Counted from the stretch's first letter, positions 39,409 to 53,212 are shown. The stretch: DNA of 64,000 nt from Glaucostegus cemiculus (GCA_976551045.1 CDPCPM010000056.1:19406001-19470000); one strand, 5' to 3'. The notes: generated from the sequence alone by a model not told the origin. A program made the numbers and translations.

Positions 39409-41477
39409 GTAGGTGAATCATATAAAGTGGCTAGAGAATGCATAAGGTGCTCAATACATTGGTTGAACCTTTTCAAAGAAATCTGCAAAATGGTTGTGTG
39501 CTTAAGTTGGAAAGTGGCAGAGGGGTATGGGAGGGGACTGGGCAGACTGGATGAGGGTGGATTAGGGGCTGTAAATTCCTTTGCTCCAGGTGTTGCATGC
39601 TTCTTTGAATTTACCTGCACCGCCCCCGTTGCTTACCTGCAGATGTCTGCCACAGAGGGGCTTAACTGTCTGCTAAACAATAATGTAGCTTGTCTTTAGG
39701 TGTGTGGGAGAGGTGGAGTTTGGCTTCTGAAGTGTGATGAACAGATGAGAACATTTTGCAATTAAACTAAAAAAGTAGAATTTTGTAAGGATGGGAACAG
39801 GACCAACATCACTGCACAGCTCCCTTGACTCAACACAAGATTTAGGATATTCATCAATGTTGAATCATCTTTATACACTTGAAAGGTGATTATGGAAACC
39901 AAAATTTCCATACAGCTTTTCTCTTTATGAGCTGCACCTCCTTATAAAACATATGATTTGACCCCTGAGAATGTTAATGGCTATTCAGTGGACACCTTTC
40001 TAATACTGCTAGTAAGTTGCAACTTGCACTGGTGGTCTCCAATGTAGAAAAATGTGCAAGTGCTTTTTGTAATTTAACTTCATGCCACAAAGAGATACCA
40101 TTTCCTTTCTGGAAATTGGTGAATATGATGCAAATTGGCACTCAATAAGAGCTAAGTTGGAGACCAACTGAAAATACATTGTCCATTCTATTAATGATAT
40201 TTAATTTGAAAGGTATACTTACAGATGTTAAATGAGGACATTAAAACAAAAGTAAGCTGCTGCAGATACTGTAAATCTGAAATCACAAGAGATGATGTTG
40301 GCCTAGCATTGGAGAGAGAAGCAAGAATAATCCACAACCCTTCTTCAGAGCTGGAAGAATTTGAAATTTTGGAAGGAGAAAATGGGTTAGAAGGAGCAGA
40401 AACGATAAGGTGGAAGGCAGGAATGATTAAGTGACAGAAAAAATGATGGTGCAGAGCAAAAGGAATGGCTGTGGAACAAATAGGGAAACTAAATGGGAAG
40501 AACAAGCAGTTATCACAGAACCACTATTAGCACCTGCAATCCAAAAAAGCGGAGCGCTAGTTATGATCTAGTGATCTCGGTATTGAGGCAAGACGTGTGG
40601 AGCACCAAAGGTAAAGATAGGTTGATTGTATTGTTGAACCTCTCTATTAAGTCAATACACATGATCTTGAGCTTCCAAGTACTTGCCATATTAATTGTCC
40701 TCTCGCTTATAGGCCTGTCTGTCCTCAGACTCTTACACCATTCCAATAAAGCTTAGCACAAACTTATCTGGAGAATCAGGAGGAACACAGGAGGAAGAAA
40801 CAGTCAATATTTAGAAAAACTTGAGCTTTATTTGAAGGGGGGGTTCATAGGTGCAGGAGGTGCAAAATATTCTAGTCTGCATTTTAAGTTTGGATGCAGA
40901 TATATTTTTTAGAGAGATGGAAAATCATACTTTTTAATGTTTAACATTCTCCAAATAAATTGTTCCTTACCCAAACACACCTTTTCGGAATTGCTTCTAT
41001 AATTGAATTACTGTTAATTTATTTTCTTTGTGGACTGCTCGAGGGGAGGGCTGCACACAGAGTAGGATTACAGTCATAAAGTAGGAGGGATCATAAATTA
41101 AGAGTATAACCCAGTCCATTTATAAAATGGTTACTTTATTGGGAAGTAAGAGCTAAGGAAAATATCATTATGTATTCATTTATTTTCCATTGAGCTGTGA
41201 TTGTTTTCCTCTCCTGTGGCTTCCTGAAAACATATTTATTCACAGGCTGAATGCTGATCTGCTGAAAAGAGTCCCATTGGCCTACTGTACTTGGCAAAGC
41301 CTGGAGTTGATGATTGAAAACAATGCAAAGAGCATTAAGCATCAAGAACCTGACAGGGAAGAACATTAGGCCAGCCTGCAAGCAGGCCTTCAATTTGCAC
41401 AGCCAATGTAGTTGGCATAAATGATGGGATATATCATCTACATGTCAGCTCCAGCAATGTGATCTGCCTGAGCTTAC

Positions 41478-41486
41478 TGGGTGGTC
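41478..41486 (-). promoter_or_regulatory. perfect GLI consensus site, intron 12
   Basis: TGGGTGGTC on +. Confidence 0.5.
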
Positions 41487-42211
41487 CGGGAGATAATAAT
41501 GTATTATAATGTCTGCCTTGGGCAACCTCACCCCCTCCTTATTCACTTACATCAAACTGCTGTGACCTTAGGAGTCTCTTTCACTTTAATGTTTATGTGG
41601 AGGAAGGGAGTAGAGGTGGGGGGTGGGGGGGCATATTTGAGGGAGGGGGGTTCTTGCTTCAAATCCTTCAGTGATTTAATATTTTCTTTGGCTAAATACA
41701 GGGCTTTGGTGAGGTCTGGAAGTGGGTTGTAGTACAACTCACTTAAAGCTGGAAATATCTTGGTTAGAAATCAGAAACTGCTGTTCTTTGAATACTTTGC
41801 CTGAGGCCTGGGGCCTACAGTGAAGCTATAGGTTTTCAACTGCGTTTCTTTCAGATCTTAAAGGTATACACTAAGCTAGTAGGCAGTCTGACAAGACAGC
41901 ACAGGATTAATCAGCAAAACAGGAAAGCAGAAAACATCAGCAACAAATGCATTTGATGTTATAGAATCATATTTGGGAAGTTTAAAAACTCTAGAAAGAA
42001 TGGCAGATATTGTGTAGCGGTACCTCTCCTCCAAGTATTATGGCAGAAAATAAAATATTCACAGTGAGCTGTTGACTTTATCAATAATAAAGGCCACTTC
42101 CCTCACCCCACTAACCTTTGTAGCCTTTTCAAAGTCATCATTCTGTAGATTTCAAAATCTGGGCAATGATATTATAATATTATTAATATCTCCATTCTTT
42201 GCTCCTTACAG

Positions 42212-42330
42212 GCTGCAATAGTTGTGGTTTTTAACTTTGCCATGGTGCTCCTCATTTTTCCTGCCATCTTAAGCTTGGACCTTCATCGACGGGAAGACAA
42301 AAGGCTGGATATTTTCTGCTGCTTTTCCAG
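42212..42330 (+). CDS. ptch2: ptch2 exon ~13 (119 nt)
   Basis: ttacag|GCTGCA...TTCCAG|gtgaag; [39 protein letters not shown]. Confidence 0.95.
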
Positions 42331-43139
42331 GTGAAGTTTGCTCTTATCAAAGAGTCCCTGGGTATGAATAGAAAGATGAAGACAAAGTAGAGATTTGCGC
42401 CACTACTTGTCAAGACTAGATGGAGGTGAAACTGGTCAAAGGCTCTCGTCAAAAGTGGGCCAACTACATATAAGCTGCTTGTTTTACGCCATTCTAAAAT
42501 TCCTTTTCTATTGACCCACTGATGCAATGTGTTATTTGCTGCCAATTCACTGTTTCCTGAAACATAAGCTCATCAGATTCACCTCCTGGTAAGATCTTGA
42601 CATTGAATAAACCATTGAAGTACTTGAGAAGGGAAAACCATTCAAAGTGGGAAATTCTCCTAACACCTGATTACTGAATAACTTGGAGCACATTGTATAC
42701 CTGAGTTTTAGACCAGGGGATGGTATGTGGCTGCTTGTGAAGACTTATACTTACTTGTAATTATGAATAAACTCATGGTCTGGACACCATCATGAGTCAA
42801 CCACATGAAACATTTTAGACACTGGCATCCACCATAACATCTGTTACCTTCCCAAGAAGGGATAAACGTGGGACAAAGCTGCTTCCAGCCGCGAAAGGGA
42901 TATGTGGGAGTGATTTTAAGGCCATAATTTGACTTCAGGAATTAATTCAGGGGATAGTTAGAAACCATTAACGTTTAGTTCTCATGGTTTTGATGATCAA
43001 TGAATTCCTCAATAAAATTACTGGTTCATAATCGTTCCCAGGCATGCATTGTTACTATTCAGTGTTGGAATACACATAACAATGGACAATGATATGGGTA
43101 TAGGATGGATTACATGGGAATATATATTTTGTTTTTCAG

Positions 43140-43545
43140 CCTCTGCTCAACTAGAGTGATTCAGGTCCAACCACAAGAGTTTGCAGATGGGAATGATAGC
43201 CATAACTTTCACCCTTCTCTGAGTGGAGGGCCAACGTTTACCCACAGCACCCAGATCACCACCACAGTGCAGGCCTTTACCCAATGCGATCCCACTGGGC
43301 AGCACATTGTCACCATCATTTCTCCAACATCTCAGATCTCTTCAACTCCTTCCGTCATTGTGCCTCCAGCAGAGCACATTGGTTCCCAGGGAATGGACCC
43401 CACTAGCTCAACTCGGGACTTACTAGCCCAAGTGGATGAGGTAAAAGCCTGCAGGGACTGTGTTCAGGTGCCCTTTGCCAAATGGAATTTAGCGGATTTT
43501 GCACGGGACAAGTACGCTCCACTCCTTCTCAAGACAGAATCCAAG
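43140..43545 (+). CDS. ptch2: ptch2 exon ~14 (406 nt), cytoplasmic middle loop
   Basis: tttcag|CCTCTGC...TCCAAG|gtaagt; LCSTRVIQVQPQE...TTVQAFTQCD...STRDLLAQV...WNLADFARDKYAPLLLKTESK. Confidence 0.94.
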
Positions 43546-43807
43546 GTAAGTAATTTTCAACTATTTGTCTTTGTATTACTTTAAAGATCATGGCCTAGAA
43601 ATGTAATCTTGTAACTCTGATCACTTGACCTCTGATGCAGTGAAACACAATTACGACTATTTTATGGTTGTTTCACACCGCTCTAGAAATTTAACAGAGC
43701 CCTTCCCAGCATGAGTCACACTTCCTTGTCTGAAACACTTTCAGTGATGAGTGACATCATACCCAGAGCTGGGAAAATTAGTCCACTTCTGAGATAACTA
43801 TGGAGAT

Positions 43808-43928
43808 ATAAGAGACCATGGATGCTGGAATTGGAGCAATGAATAATCTGCTGGAGGACCTCAGCGAGTCAAACAGCATCTGTGGGCATAAAGGAATTGT
43901 CAATGTTTGGGATTGAAACCCTGCATCA
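43808..43928 (-). mobile_element. Penelope-like terminal repeat fragment
   Basis: gatgctggaattggagcaat...cagcatctgtggg...gaaaccctgcatca; similar to 707-843 and 49128-49355. Confidence 0.6.
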
Positions 43929-44391
43929 TTCACTTGGGAAGATCACTGTGCATGGTTTTGTACCCTGCTGTCCATGACCTTTTGTTTTCGATTACAAATC
44001 TCACTCCTTGCTTTCTTGTCTCCCTTGAGGTCTCCTGGGCATGGTAGGCTTGTTGCTCCCTTAAAGAAATTTAGTTCAAGGACAAAGAATTCTAGTGTAT
44101 CACCGCAGGGCACCCAAAAAAAAGCAATCTTCAAATCATAGTCTTGGTTAGTATTCTCACTTGCTTGGCTCTGTAGCCTGGTCTGTCTGGTTTACAGGAG
44201 GAGCCACTGAAAGAAACATCTCATAAACTCCCCAGTCTTTTTCTCCTTATTAAAAGTTCAGCAGCAGTCTGAAAATATATCACTTTTTATAAAAACAACT
44301 AAAACCTTACTGCTCAGGATAAATGCCATGTAATGTACTCTGATCTGAAATGCTATATTCATTCATTCATGGTTTTATTTTTACAACCTAG

Positions 44392-44704
44392 ATCGTCGTG
44401 TTAATCCTCTTCATGGCCCTGCTTGGGATGAGCCTTTATGGAACTACCGTGGTTCATGATGGGCTGTACCTAACAGACATTGTGCCTCGTGAAACCAAGG
44501 AGTACAATTTTATTGAAGCTCAGTTCAAGTATTTCTCCTTCTACAACATGTACATCGTCTCCATGGGAGGGTTTGATTATGCTGCATCCCAGAAGTTGCT
44601 TTATGATCTGCACAGGAGTTTCAATAGTATCAAATACATTGTTCGTGAAGAGAATAAAGAGTTGCCAAAAATGTGGTTGCATTATATTCAGGACTGGCTA
44701 AGAG
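44392..44704 (+). CDS. ptch2: ptch2 exon ~15 (313 nt), TM7 and start of extracellular domain 2
   Basis: acctag|ATCGTC...TAAGAG|gtaaga; [38 protein letters not shown]...[11 protein letters not shown]. Confidence 0.95.
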
Positions 44705-46778
44705 GTAAGATTTCAAAGCCCCCCTTTCATATTTTTTGTACACAATTTAATTGTGAGCAGTTAAGTATGTAAAAGTTTGCATGGATAATATCAGCACCAG
44801 ACAAAAAAACCCAGTTAGCTTGGGCATCTGAAGGTGAAATGCAGAAACTTGAAACAGACCTCCATTAGTGGTTTAGGGTTAAAGATAATGCACCACTATA
44901 TAATAATCTGCTCCTAATTTTCTTGTTCGTATGTCCTCTGCCATAATTTTTATGACATGAGCTTTTGAATTTAACATCTGATAATTACAGCATTGCATGG
45001 GGTACTTGAAGTGGGGTCTGGGGTTCTGAAGAATAGCATAGGAATGTATACTTTGGGGCCTTATATATACAAAGTGACAGTCACTGCACTTCAAAGTAAT
45101 TCATAGCATATAAAGCATATTGAGATGTTTCTGAGACAAGGAAATGGGAGTCTTTTTCTTGTGGCAAACCACAGCTATAGGATATGTATTATGCTGAACT
45201 ATTAGAACCCTGTGAAGTTTTATAGCAAGTAAGCTAGAGACAATATGAATTGTTTGACGCCCTGTCTTCTATCATATGGGGTGACGTAGAAGCAGAACAG
45301 CAATCAGCATTTTATATGTAGGTGGTGGTTGTGTCAGGAGTGACAGAGTATATTGCAGCAGTTCAAGAAGGCAGTTCAACACCAGCTTTTCAAGGACAAT
45401 GAGGAATGGCAATTAAATGCTGGTTTAACCTGTGAAGCCCACATCCCTTGAATGAATATTAAAGAAATATTATTGCAAAGGCTAGTGATGCTTCTTTAGT
45501 AATGTGAAGGATCTGGAATTAACTTGCCACTCAAGATGTTAATGATTTTCATGATTACAGCTAGCTTTACTCCATACCACAGAACCGCACATTGAATTTC
45601 ATTTTAGGTAACTGTCCTTCTCAAAGTTTACTCTGGTTCTGATCATGTGTACTTTGCTTCCCACTTGCCCCTATCTTGTTAGTGTCCAGATTTTGAACTG
45701 ATAAGACGGTAGAAAGTTCTCTGCATGAAACATAGTCTGTTTAATTGTCAGAGGGTTTTTTGACATTTCCATGTTGAAAGACCACATATTTTCTTGAAAG
45801 TCAAAAAAGATGATCTTAAATGAACCTGGTGCATTTAATCGACTCAAACTTGCAATTTCTTGTGGTGGTTAGAGACGCACGCACCTTGAGATTCAGACAT
45901 GTTGAGCAAAAGATGACAGCATTCCTCTAATTGATTAGCTTGTAAAAGAAATGTTAATCACAGCTGAATTTTCCAGCGCAAACCAATGCCTAGGACATTG
46001 TCTTCTCCCAACCTGTTATGTCCCAGTCATAGATCGGACAATTGCACATAACCTTGAAACTCTGATGAATATTGCCATCTCTCCAAAATTATTGCATTTA
46101 TTGGCTGATTGAGCACTGCAAACACTTGCCCTTTAAACTTCTGATTTAAAAAAAATGCCAGGAAAGTCTATGCAATTATTGATGTTATTCAGTCAATCTG
46201 TGGGTTTATTCCTTTTCTGATTTTTTTTAAATCTAGCTCTCCTGCTAGTAGTTTAAAACTCATGTGCACTCTCCTCTATCATATCTATTTCTCCACCTTG
46301 CCTGTAAGACGTCTGGAATGTTTTCTATTTTAATGCAAGTTGTTTATGCTGAGGCTTATACTTGATCTGCTGTATCTCAGACTTTGGAAATGTGGTTTTT
46401 CAATGTAATGTGTGTTGCTTTAAAAAGATTGAGGCAGGCACAAATGACAAGGGAATTACATCATGATTCCACAAAGAACACTTTAGTTATGGTAATAATT
46501 AGCAAGACTCATTTGAGTGCATAGCTTGAAGAGTTTCAGTGCTACTAAGCTGCTATATCTAGATATTTCTGACTCCAATAATATTTAGTAACTTTTTTAT
46601 TGCAATAGGAATTGGATTGAAAATCTGAATGTAGATAATGGGAAGCAAAAGGCCCTTATTTTGACATCCCTTTAATTATGAAAAATCTGGAGTGATTAAA
46701 TGGTACTGCAGTAGTACTGAGTGCTTATGTTAGCAATGCTGTTGAAACAATGATTGAGTAAATGCACACACAGCCACA

Positions 46779-46787
46779 TGGGTGGTC
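46779..46787 (-). promoter_or_regulatory. perfect GLI consensus site, intron 15
   Basis: TGGGTGGTC on +. Confidence 0.5.
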
Positions 46788-48580
46788 TGACAAAGTCAGA
46801 CTGATGGATCATTTTTGATGGATAAATGTGAGAAAGGGATGGATATAGTGAGGAAAAGAACAGAGCTTTATATGTTATAAAACTGAATCTGTTTCTTTGT
46901 CACTTCGATAAATCGACTGACGTATCTTTTCAGGCAGCAACAGAGGCTTACTTTTTCATGGTCCTTGTGAACCGAAGGAACATATTTACCTGCTATGATC
47001 TCCTGCAGTGTTAGAGAGAGTGTAGCTTGTTAGAAATATAAAAAGGCCTTTTCTTCTAGAATCAGTAAGCTTAATGTAAAAGCAGCTAATGTGGATGAGA
47101 TAAACACACAAGCATACGAAGTGAAAAACAGGATTTAGGATGAAAGGTGCACAAGCATCAAATGAAAGCAAGACCAAAAGGCTTTGATTCCTTCACTAGG
47201 GGAAAAGTGGTCTTTTCATGACTAACCTGCATTCCAGTGGCACTGTCATAGGGTAATTGACATAGCATCTACTACTTCCCACAGTTTGTTGTTTATCCCA
47301 GAGCAACAGCTTGCAATTATATGGCACTTTCATCATAACAAAATAATAATAAAGAAGGTGATTCACAGGAGGGAACTTTTACAATGTCAGAGTAAGACAA
47401 AGAAGATAATATTAAAAAAGCCTTGGTCAAACAAGCTGGTTTTAATAAGTTTCTTAAAGGGCAGGGTGGGGAGTTGGGAAGAGAGACGTTCATAAGGGAT
47501 TTATGGGACTTTAAGGTTGGAAGCCATTGGTGGGCAGAAGGAGATGGGAGAATGCACCAGAGGTTGGAACTGGAGAAACATAGTTCACAAAGGGTTGGGG
47601 GCTGGAACAGGTTGTAAGGAAAGACTGATGAATATACTTTCCAAGAACAAAAAAGGTAGGCACACCTGCCTAAAGAGAAGTTAGGGAAAGGAGCGTCCCC
47701 AGCGTGAGAGAACTCCTCAGTGTAAAGAAGAGTTGTAGAGTCATCCTTCATTTCCAATTGGCACTGATCCAGCTTCCATCTAATCATGGAGAATGGTGTT
47801 TTCTATATGTGTGTGGCGTTTCAATTCACAGTTTTAATTGTAACAATATACAGCTGTGACTCAACAATCTGAACAAATTGGTGGGTGGCATGTTGTATTG
47901 GGTTATGATGTCTTGAAGATGATGGAGCCCAACTTCTGTAGAGTAGTCAGATGTATTGTGTAAAATTGGACTGGATTTGAAAAATTTCTGGATCATCAAG
48001 TGGGGAGGGTTTAAGTCAAAACTTTCAGATGTACTTAAGAGGTTTGAAGTTGGAGCAAACATCCAAAATTCACTTTAATCATTGCACACACAACCACTGT
48101 TAAGGAATCACTGAGTATTTATATCTCAAAGAATTATTTTTAATTTTCTTATTTCATCTAAAGAAGAGTTATCATTTCAGTTAGAACATATCATGATTCA
48201 GTATTGTCCATAAATTTGTGATTTGGGTGTTCAGTTGATTTAGTGATGCTTTTTCAGTTTTGCAAAGTTTAAAACTCTGAAAGACCTTGGCCTTACCAAT
48301 TTATCTCTCTATAGCTGTGGTTGATGCAGTGATGCCTGAGATTTTTTGATAAGAGTCATAGAGCACTTCAGCACAGAAACAGACCCTTCAGCCCATCTAG
48401 CGCATGCCAGCCTGGTTTTCTGCCTAGTCCCATCTACCTGACCACCTACAATGCACTTTCCATTGGCCCATGTCCTTCCCTGAGAGAAATTGCATAGACA
48501 GTACCCAAATGTTTTCTTTCCACTTCCCACCCAAAAGCATATGATTTGTTGTCCTCATAGATATATTCATAGACAATTTC

Positions 48581-48945
48581 AGGGTGGCACAGTGGCTGAG
48601 CTGAGGGAGGCACAGTGCCTCAGCCAGCAGAGTAGCTGCCTTCAGAAACCCAGATTAAATTCTGACCTCTGCTATCTGTGCAGAGTTTGAATGTTCTTTC
48701 TGTAACTCTGCAGGTTTCTTCTGGATGCTCCAGTTTTCTCCCACATCCCAAAGATAAGTGGGTTGATAGGTTAAATGCCACTGTAAATTTACCATAGTAT
48801 GTAGGTAAGTGACAGAATCTGGGTAGAGTTAATGTAAATGTGGGTAGAGGAAAACGAGACCGGTGTAGGTTTTGAATGACGGGTGCTTGATGTCTGGTGT
48901 ATTCTCAGTGGACCGAAGAACCTGGTTCCGTGCTGCAGGACTCTG
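48581..48945 (+). mobile_element. V-SINE/HE1-like SINE, diverged
   Basis: similar to 412-700 (gagtttgaatgttc...ccagttttctcccacatcccaaag...ccactgtaaatt). Confidence 0.7.
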
Positions 48946-49127
48946 AGACTGACAGTACAGTCCAGTTACTTTACAACTTATCCAAATTGACTGAGGAATG
49001 AAATTACTTAAGTTTTCAAATCAGAAGAAATTTTCCTTTTGAAACAAATTCTTTGCTTCTGCAGAGGTGCACTCAGAAGTGATTGGTACAGATGTCTTAT
49101 TTTTAAATGCAAACGTTGCAGAGAAAT

Positions 49128-49355
49128 TGGAGCAACAAACAATCTGCTGGAAGAACTCAACGGGTCGAGCAGCATCTGCGGGAGGAAAGGAATTGTTGAT
49201 GTCTCAGGTTGAAACCTACACTCTCAATCCTGATGCGAGGTTTCGACCCAAAATGTTGGCAATTCCTTTCCTCCCACAGGTGCTGCCTGACCCACTGAGT
49301 TCTTTCAGCAGATTGTTTGTTGCTCCAGATTCCACCATCTGCAGTTTATTGTGTC
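49128..49355. mobile_element. fold-back (MITE-like) element from inverted Penelope-like termini
   Basis: ~90-nt inverted arms 49128-49217 and 49238-49327. Confidence 0.8.
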
Positions 49356-51816
49356 ATCACAGAGAAATTGCAGTCTTCAAAAGACTGTTCTCTTGTGTAG
49401 TTTGGAAATAGAACTGAACATTAAATCCGGCATCTCAATTTTAAGTCATCTTCAAAGGAGAATGAACTAATCCCTCGCAACTGACAGCTCTGCGCTATGC
49501 TTGCTGATAATCGTTGAAAGATTTGAGTGCTACATATCTAGTACATGTCCTCATCAACACTTTCCATTCCTCCAATGTCTTTTTGAAGTGTTCTTAATAT
49601 TTTTTTCCATGTGACCTACTGCTGAAAATGTGTTAGCTCCTGCTTTGTCCTAGACTTCCCTCTCTGGAATTGGTGGTGCCCTCTGGTACCAGTAAACAGC
49701 ATTGTACTGAGACATTCATCAGTGAAAACACAGCTGCCTCCCAGCTCTCCTGAGCATGGAGCACAGAAATTTTCTCTGAAGACTTGAATTCCCTTCAGGG
49801 CTGAATTGGACGGGGGTGTGGGTGGGGGGAAGGGGAAGGGGGAAGGGAGAGCAGGAAATACAACAAAATGCTTTTTTCTTTCCTGAGTAAACCTACTCAT
49901 ATTACATCCTCATGCCTTGAGGGTTTGGGTTGATTGCATTTGTGAGATTGAATGACAAGGTGTGTTTACATTTCAGCAGGATTGCTCTCCCAAACACCCA
50001 ACACTTTACCAAGAACATGCATGAGGTCGGATCATTATCCTACCTTAGCCCTGTAATTGAAGACACTCATTGGAATCTCTTTACAAGGCTGAAGATTAGG
50101 ATTCTTTTATTATAGCTTTTTCCAAAACTTCCTTCAAGTGAATTGGTATTTTTATGTTTTTTTTCTAGGTGATACTGTTACGACAACACTGATTTTATCA
50201 CTCTCCCTATCTTGCTCTCTCTCTCCCCCTCTCTTTCTCTCTCCAACACAAATGCACATGTATTCTGTTCTCCTTACAAGGTACTTTTATTTCATTATAC
50301 CTGTATGCAGTTCAAACTTAGGTTTATTTGTTTGGCGTCCAGGTGGAGGCAAATCCAATGACCACATCTGGAATGCCTAAACAGACAACCTGCTACCACG
50401 AGCCTGTTCCCCTTCTCCCTTCAGGCAAACTTACCTTTTGCATTCAGGTCCTGAATCACAATCACATACACATACAGTGCCATCAGGATAACAAAGTAAG
50501 CTGTAGCAGTGAACTATGCAAACATTTTGCTTGATTTTTTAAAAATTGCAAGTTTGTCCTTAATGCTGTTGACCAATTGTACACAGGTGTTCTAACAACA
50601 TGGCAAATGCATCTGGTAGCTGGCTAGCTTTTTGCACTATAGTCTGACTTTAGGAAGACATGCTCATTCTACACAGTTTCTCACAGCTCAGACAGTTACT
50701 GAGAATGGTTAGTATTCTCTCTGAAGCTTCTGGTAGCTAGAAATCCTCAGTCTTTGAAACCCTTGACCCAAATCTCCCAAGAGTCTCACCAACAATTTTT
50801 TTGAACCCATGTTGTTGACAGACAGTGGACAGGGTTTCAGAAGTGAATCTGTGCCGATTTGCATTAAAAGAGGCAAGTCTTTGAGGGTCTCCGAAACCAT
50901 CCCATCCCCCTTCTGAATTCTTCCAGTTAAAAAATCAAGTAATTTAGCCATAATAGGCAAATCTATTTGGCTGGAAGAACATCTTTTTAAGGAACAAAAT
51001 AGGACATCCATTTCCTTTTGTTTTACAATAGTAGTGAATGCAAATATATTTTTTGTTTTCGTATACCTCTTTCTTCACAACCAGCAGAACAATTGCCATA
51101 TCTTGGGAGATTTAACTGCATAATAAGCTCATAACATGACAACAGATGATACTTCATTTTTATACAACTTGGACACCCAACAAGTCCTGTGCTAGCAAAT
51201 CTGACACTCTTCCACTGCTATTTGCAACAAAATGTGCTAAACCTCCGATGGTGCCCTTTAATTCCACTGTTTTTTGGGGAAATAATTCACCTTGACTGAG
51301 ATCAGGAACTCAGCAAACTCTGTGCCAATGAAGTCATTGGCACACGTAAAGATTTTATCGCTCGAGGAGCATCAGAGGCACAGATCGATAGAACTAGCAT
51401 GAGGAAACAAACACCCATATGCAAAATAAAAGTGAAATAAAGATGCTTGAATGTTCAAAGGGTTTGCCAGATGGAGTTAACTGGCTTAAAACAAATGCCT
51501 CTGTCACAGCCATAACAGATTGAGCAGACTGGTGCTTTTTGAAAAACAGTATATCCTCTTCTGTTGGACCACACAGGGTATCATTGAACATTCTAAAAAT
51601 AAAAATTAATTTTGCAAACCATGCCCTTTAATACACTCCATGCATTCCCAGATCTTAATTGTGGTTTTTTTTTCTGTGATTTTAAATTAATGCTTTGAAA
51701 TGGGTTTCTTTTTAAAACCACTAAATGGTGGGAACAACTGAATTGTTCAGAAAAGTTTCCTTGAATCATTCTTTTGCAATATGGGGCAAAGTTTGGTGCT
51801 TGTCAGAGTCTGTGGG

Positions 51817-51988
51817 GACACAAGAGACTGCAGATGCTGTAAGCTGGAGCAAGGAACTCGGCGAGTCAGGCAGCATCTGTGGAGGCAGAGGGATGGTTGT
51901 CCTGAAACGTCGACTGTCCCTCAGATCCCTCTGCCTCCACAGATGCTGCCTGATCTGCTCAGTTCCTCCAGCAGTGCGCTTTTTGCTG
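51817..51988. mobile_element. fold-back element with a perfect 29-bp inverted repeat
   Basis: 51866-51894 is the exact reverse complement of 51925-51953. Confidence 0.82.
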
Positions 51989-52229
51989 AAGGATGTCAGT
52001 GACTGGGGAATAAGACTTTGTCATTTCAATAGCAAGCATCATCAGTAATGGGGGCTGGTGAGGTTGGGGGGGCTGGTGGGGAGGAGATGACTGAAGCATC
52101 GGATTAGCACAAAATCGATTTTTCCTTAAATTGCCCCAATAGTATATTAGTGTATTGCAAGTGAATAGACAAGCTGCACTTGGGATCTTGTTGCTGTCTA
52201 TCAGTCAATAAATAATGTATTAAAGGTCT

Positions 52230-52517
52230 GGCACGGTAGTGTATCGGCAGGCACGGTAGTATAGTGGTTAGCGTAACGCTATTACAGCGCCAGCAACCCG
52301 GGTTCAATTCCCTCCGCTGTCTGAATGTATGTTCTCCCCATGTCTGCGTGGGTTTCCTCCCACATTCCCAAGACGTACAGGTTAGGAAGTTGTGGGCATG
52401 CTATGTTGGCGCCGGAAGTGTGGTGACATTTGCGAGCTGCCCCCCAGAACACTCTATGCAAAAGATGCATTTCACTGTGTTTCGATGTACGTGTGACTAA
52501 TAAAGAAATCTTATCTT
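52230..52517 (+). mobile_element. V-SINE-type element with duplicated 5' head
   Basis: ggcacggtagt at 52230 and 52250, then A/B boxes (gtggttagcg...ggttcaattcc) and tail gtgactaataaagaaatcttatc. Confidence 0.88.
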
Positions 52518-53212
52518 CTTGCATGTGCCACAGTTGCTTGCTGCAACACATTCCTTTTAAATTTTACCCATCACTTTTATGCTGACACTTATACTAGACA
52601 ACCCTCTGGATCACATTGAACAATGCCATGAGAAATTCCCCAGCATGAGTTGATGTATATAGCTACTTGCAGAAAGTTAGTGCTGGACAGGAAGACATCA
52701 AGGGTGCAGGTGAACTGCAAGTGAAATTTATGGATAGACTTTTGTCTTCAGGACCATAATCCAATGGCGTGGACCACACCTCCCCTTACAAAATTTGACT
52801 AGCTTTTGCTCACCTGAATTGTCATATTACAATTAAGCTGTTTGTATAATGGATGAGTGATCCATTCAGTCAGATTACTGCATAGCTGGTGAAGAGAAAA
52901 ATCTACCCTGAGGTAATTTATTGCTGCTACTTGATGTACCAGTAGCAGTATGAGGAAAAACTGTACCTGTTAACTTTTATAAAACTACACTGGACTTGGT
53001 GGCAATTTCATTTCAAAAGCCTCATTATAGTTGGAAGACTTTGTAGATGTAGTTTTGACAATGATAAGGTTAAAGAGTACTCACCTAGGGATGTTTGATT
53101 GACCATATTCTCCTTGCATGATGCTGGGTTCTTCAAAGGGTTAAAGGTTTTCCAACTAGTTGTAGAAGGGTAATGCCAACCCTTCTCATGTGCAAATATC
53201 TTCCTCACCCAG

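Noticed and set aside
52250-52312. tRNA gene
   Set aside because: tRNA-like A/B boxes run directly into a SINE body; no full cloverleaf.
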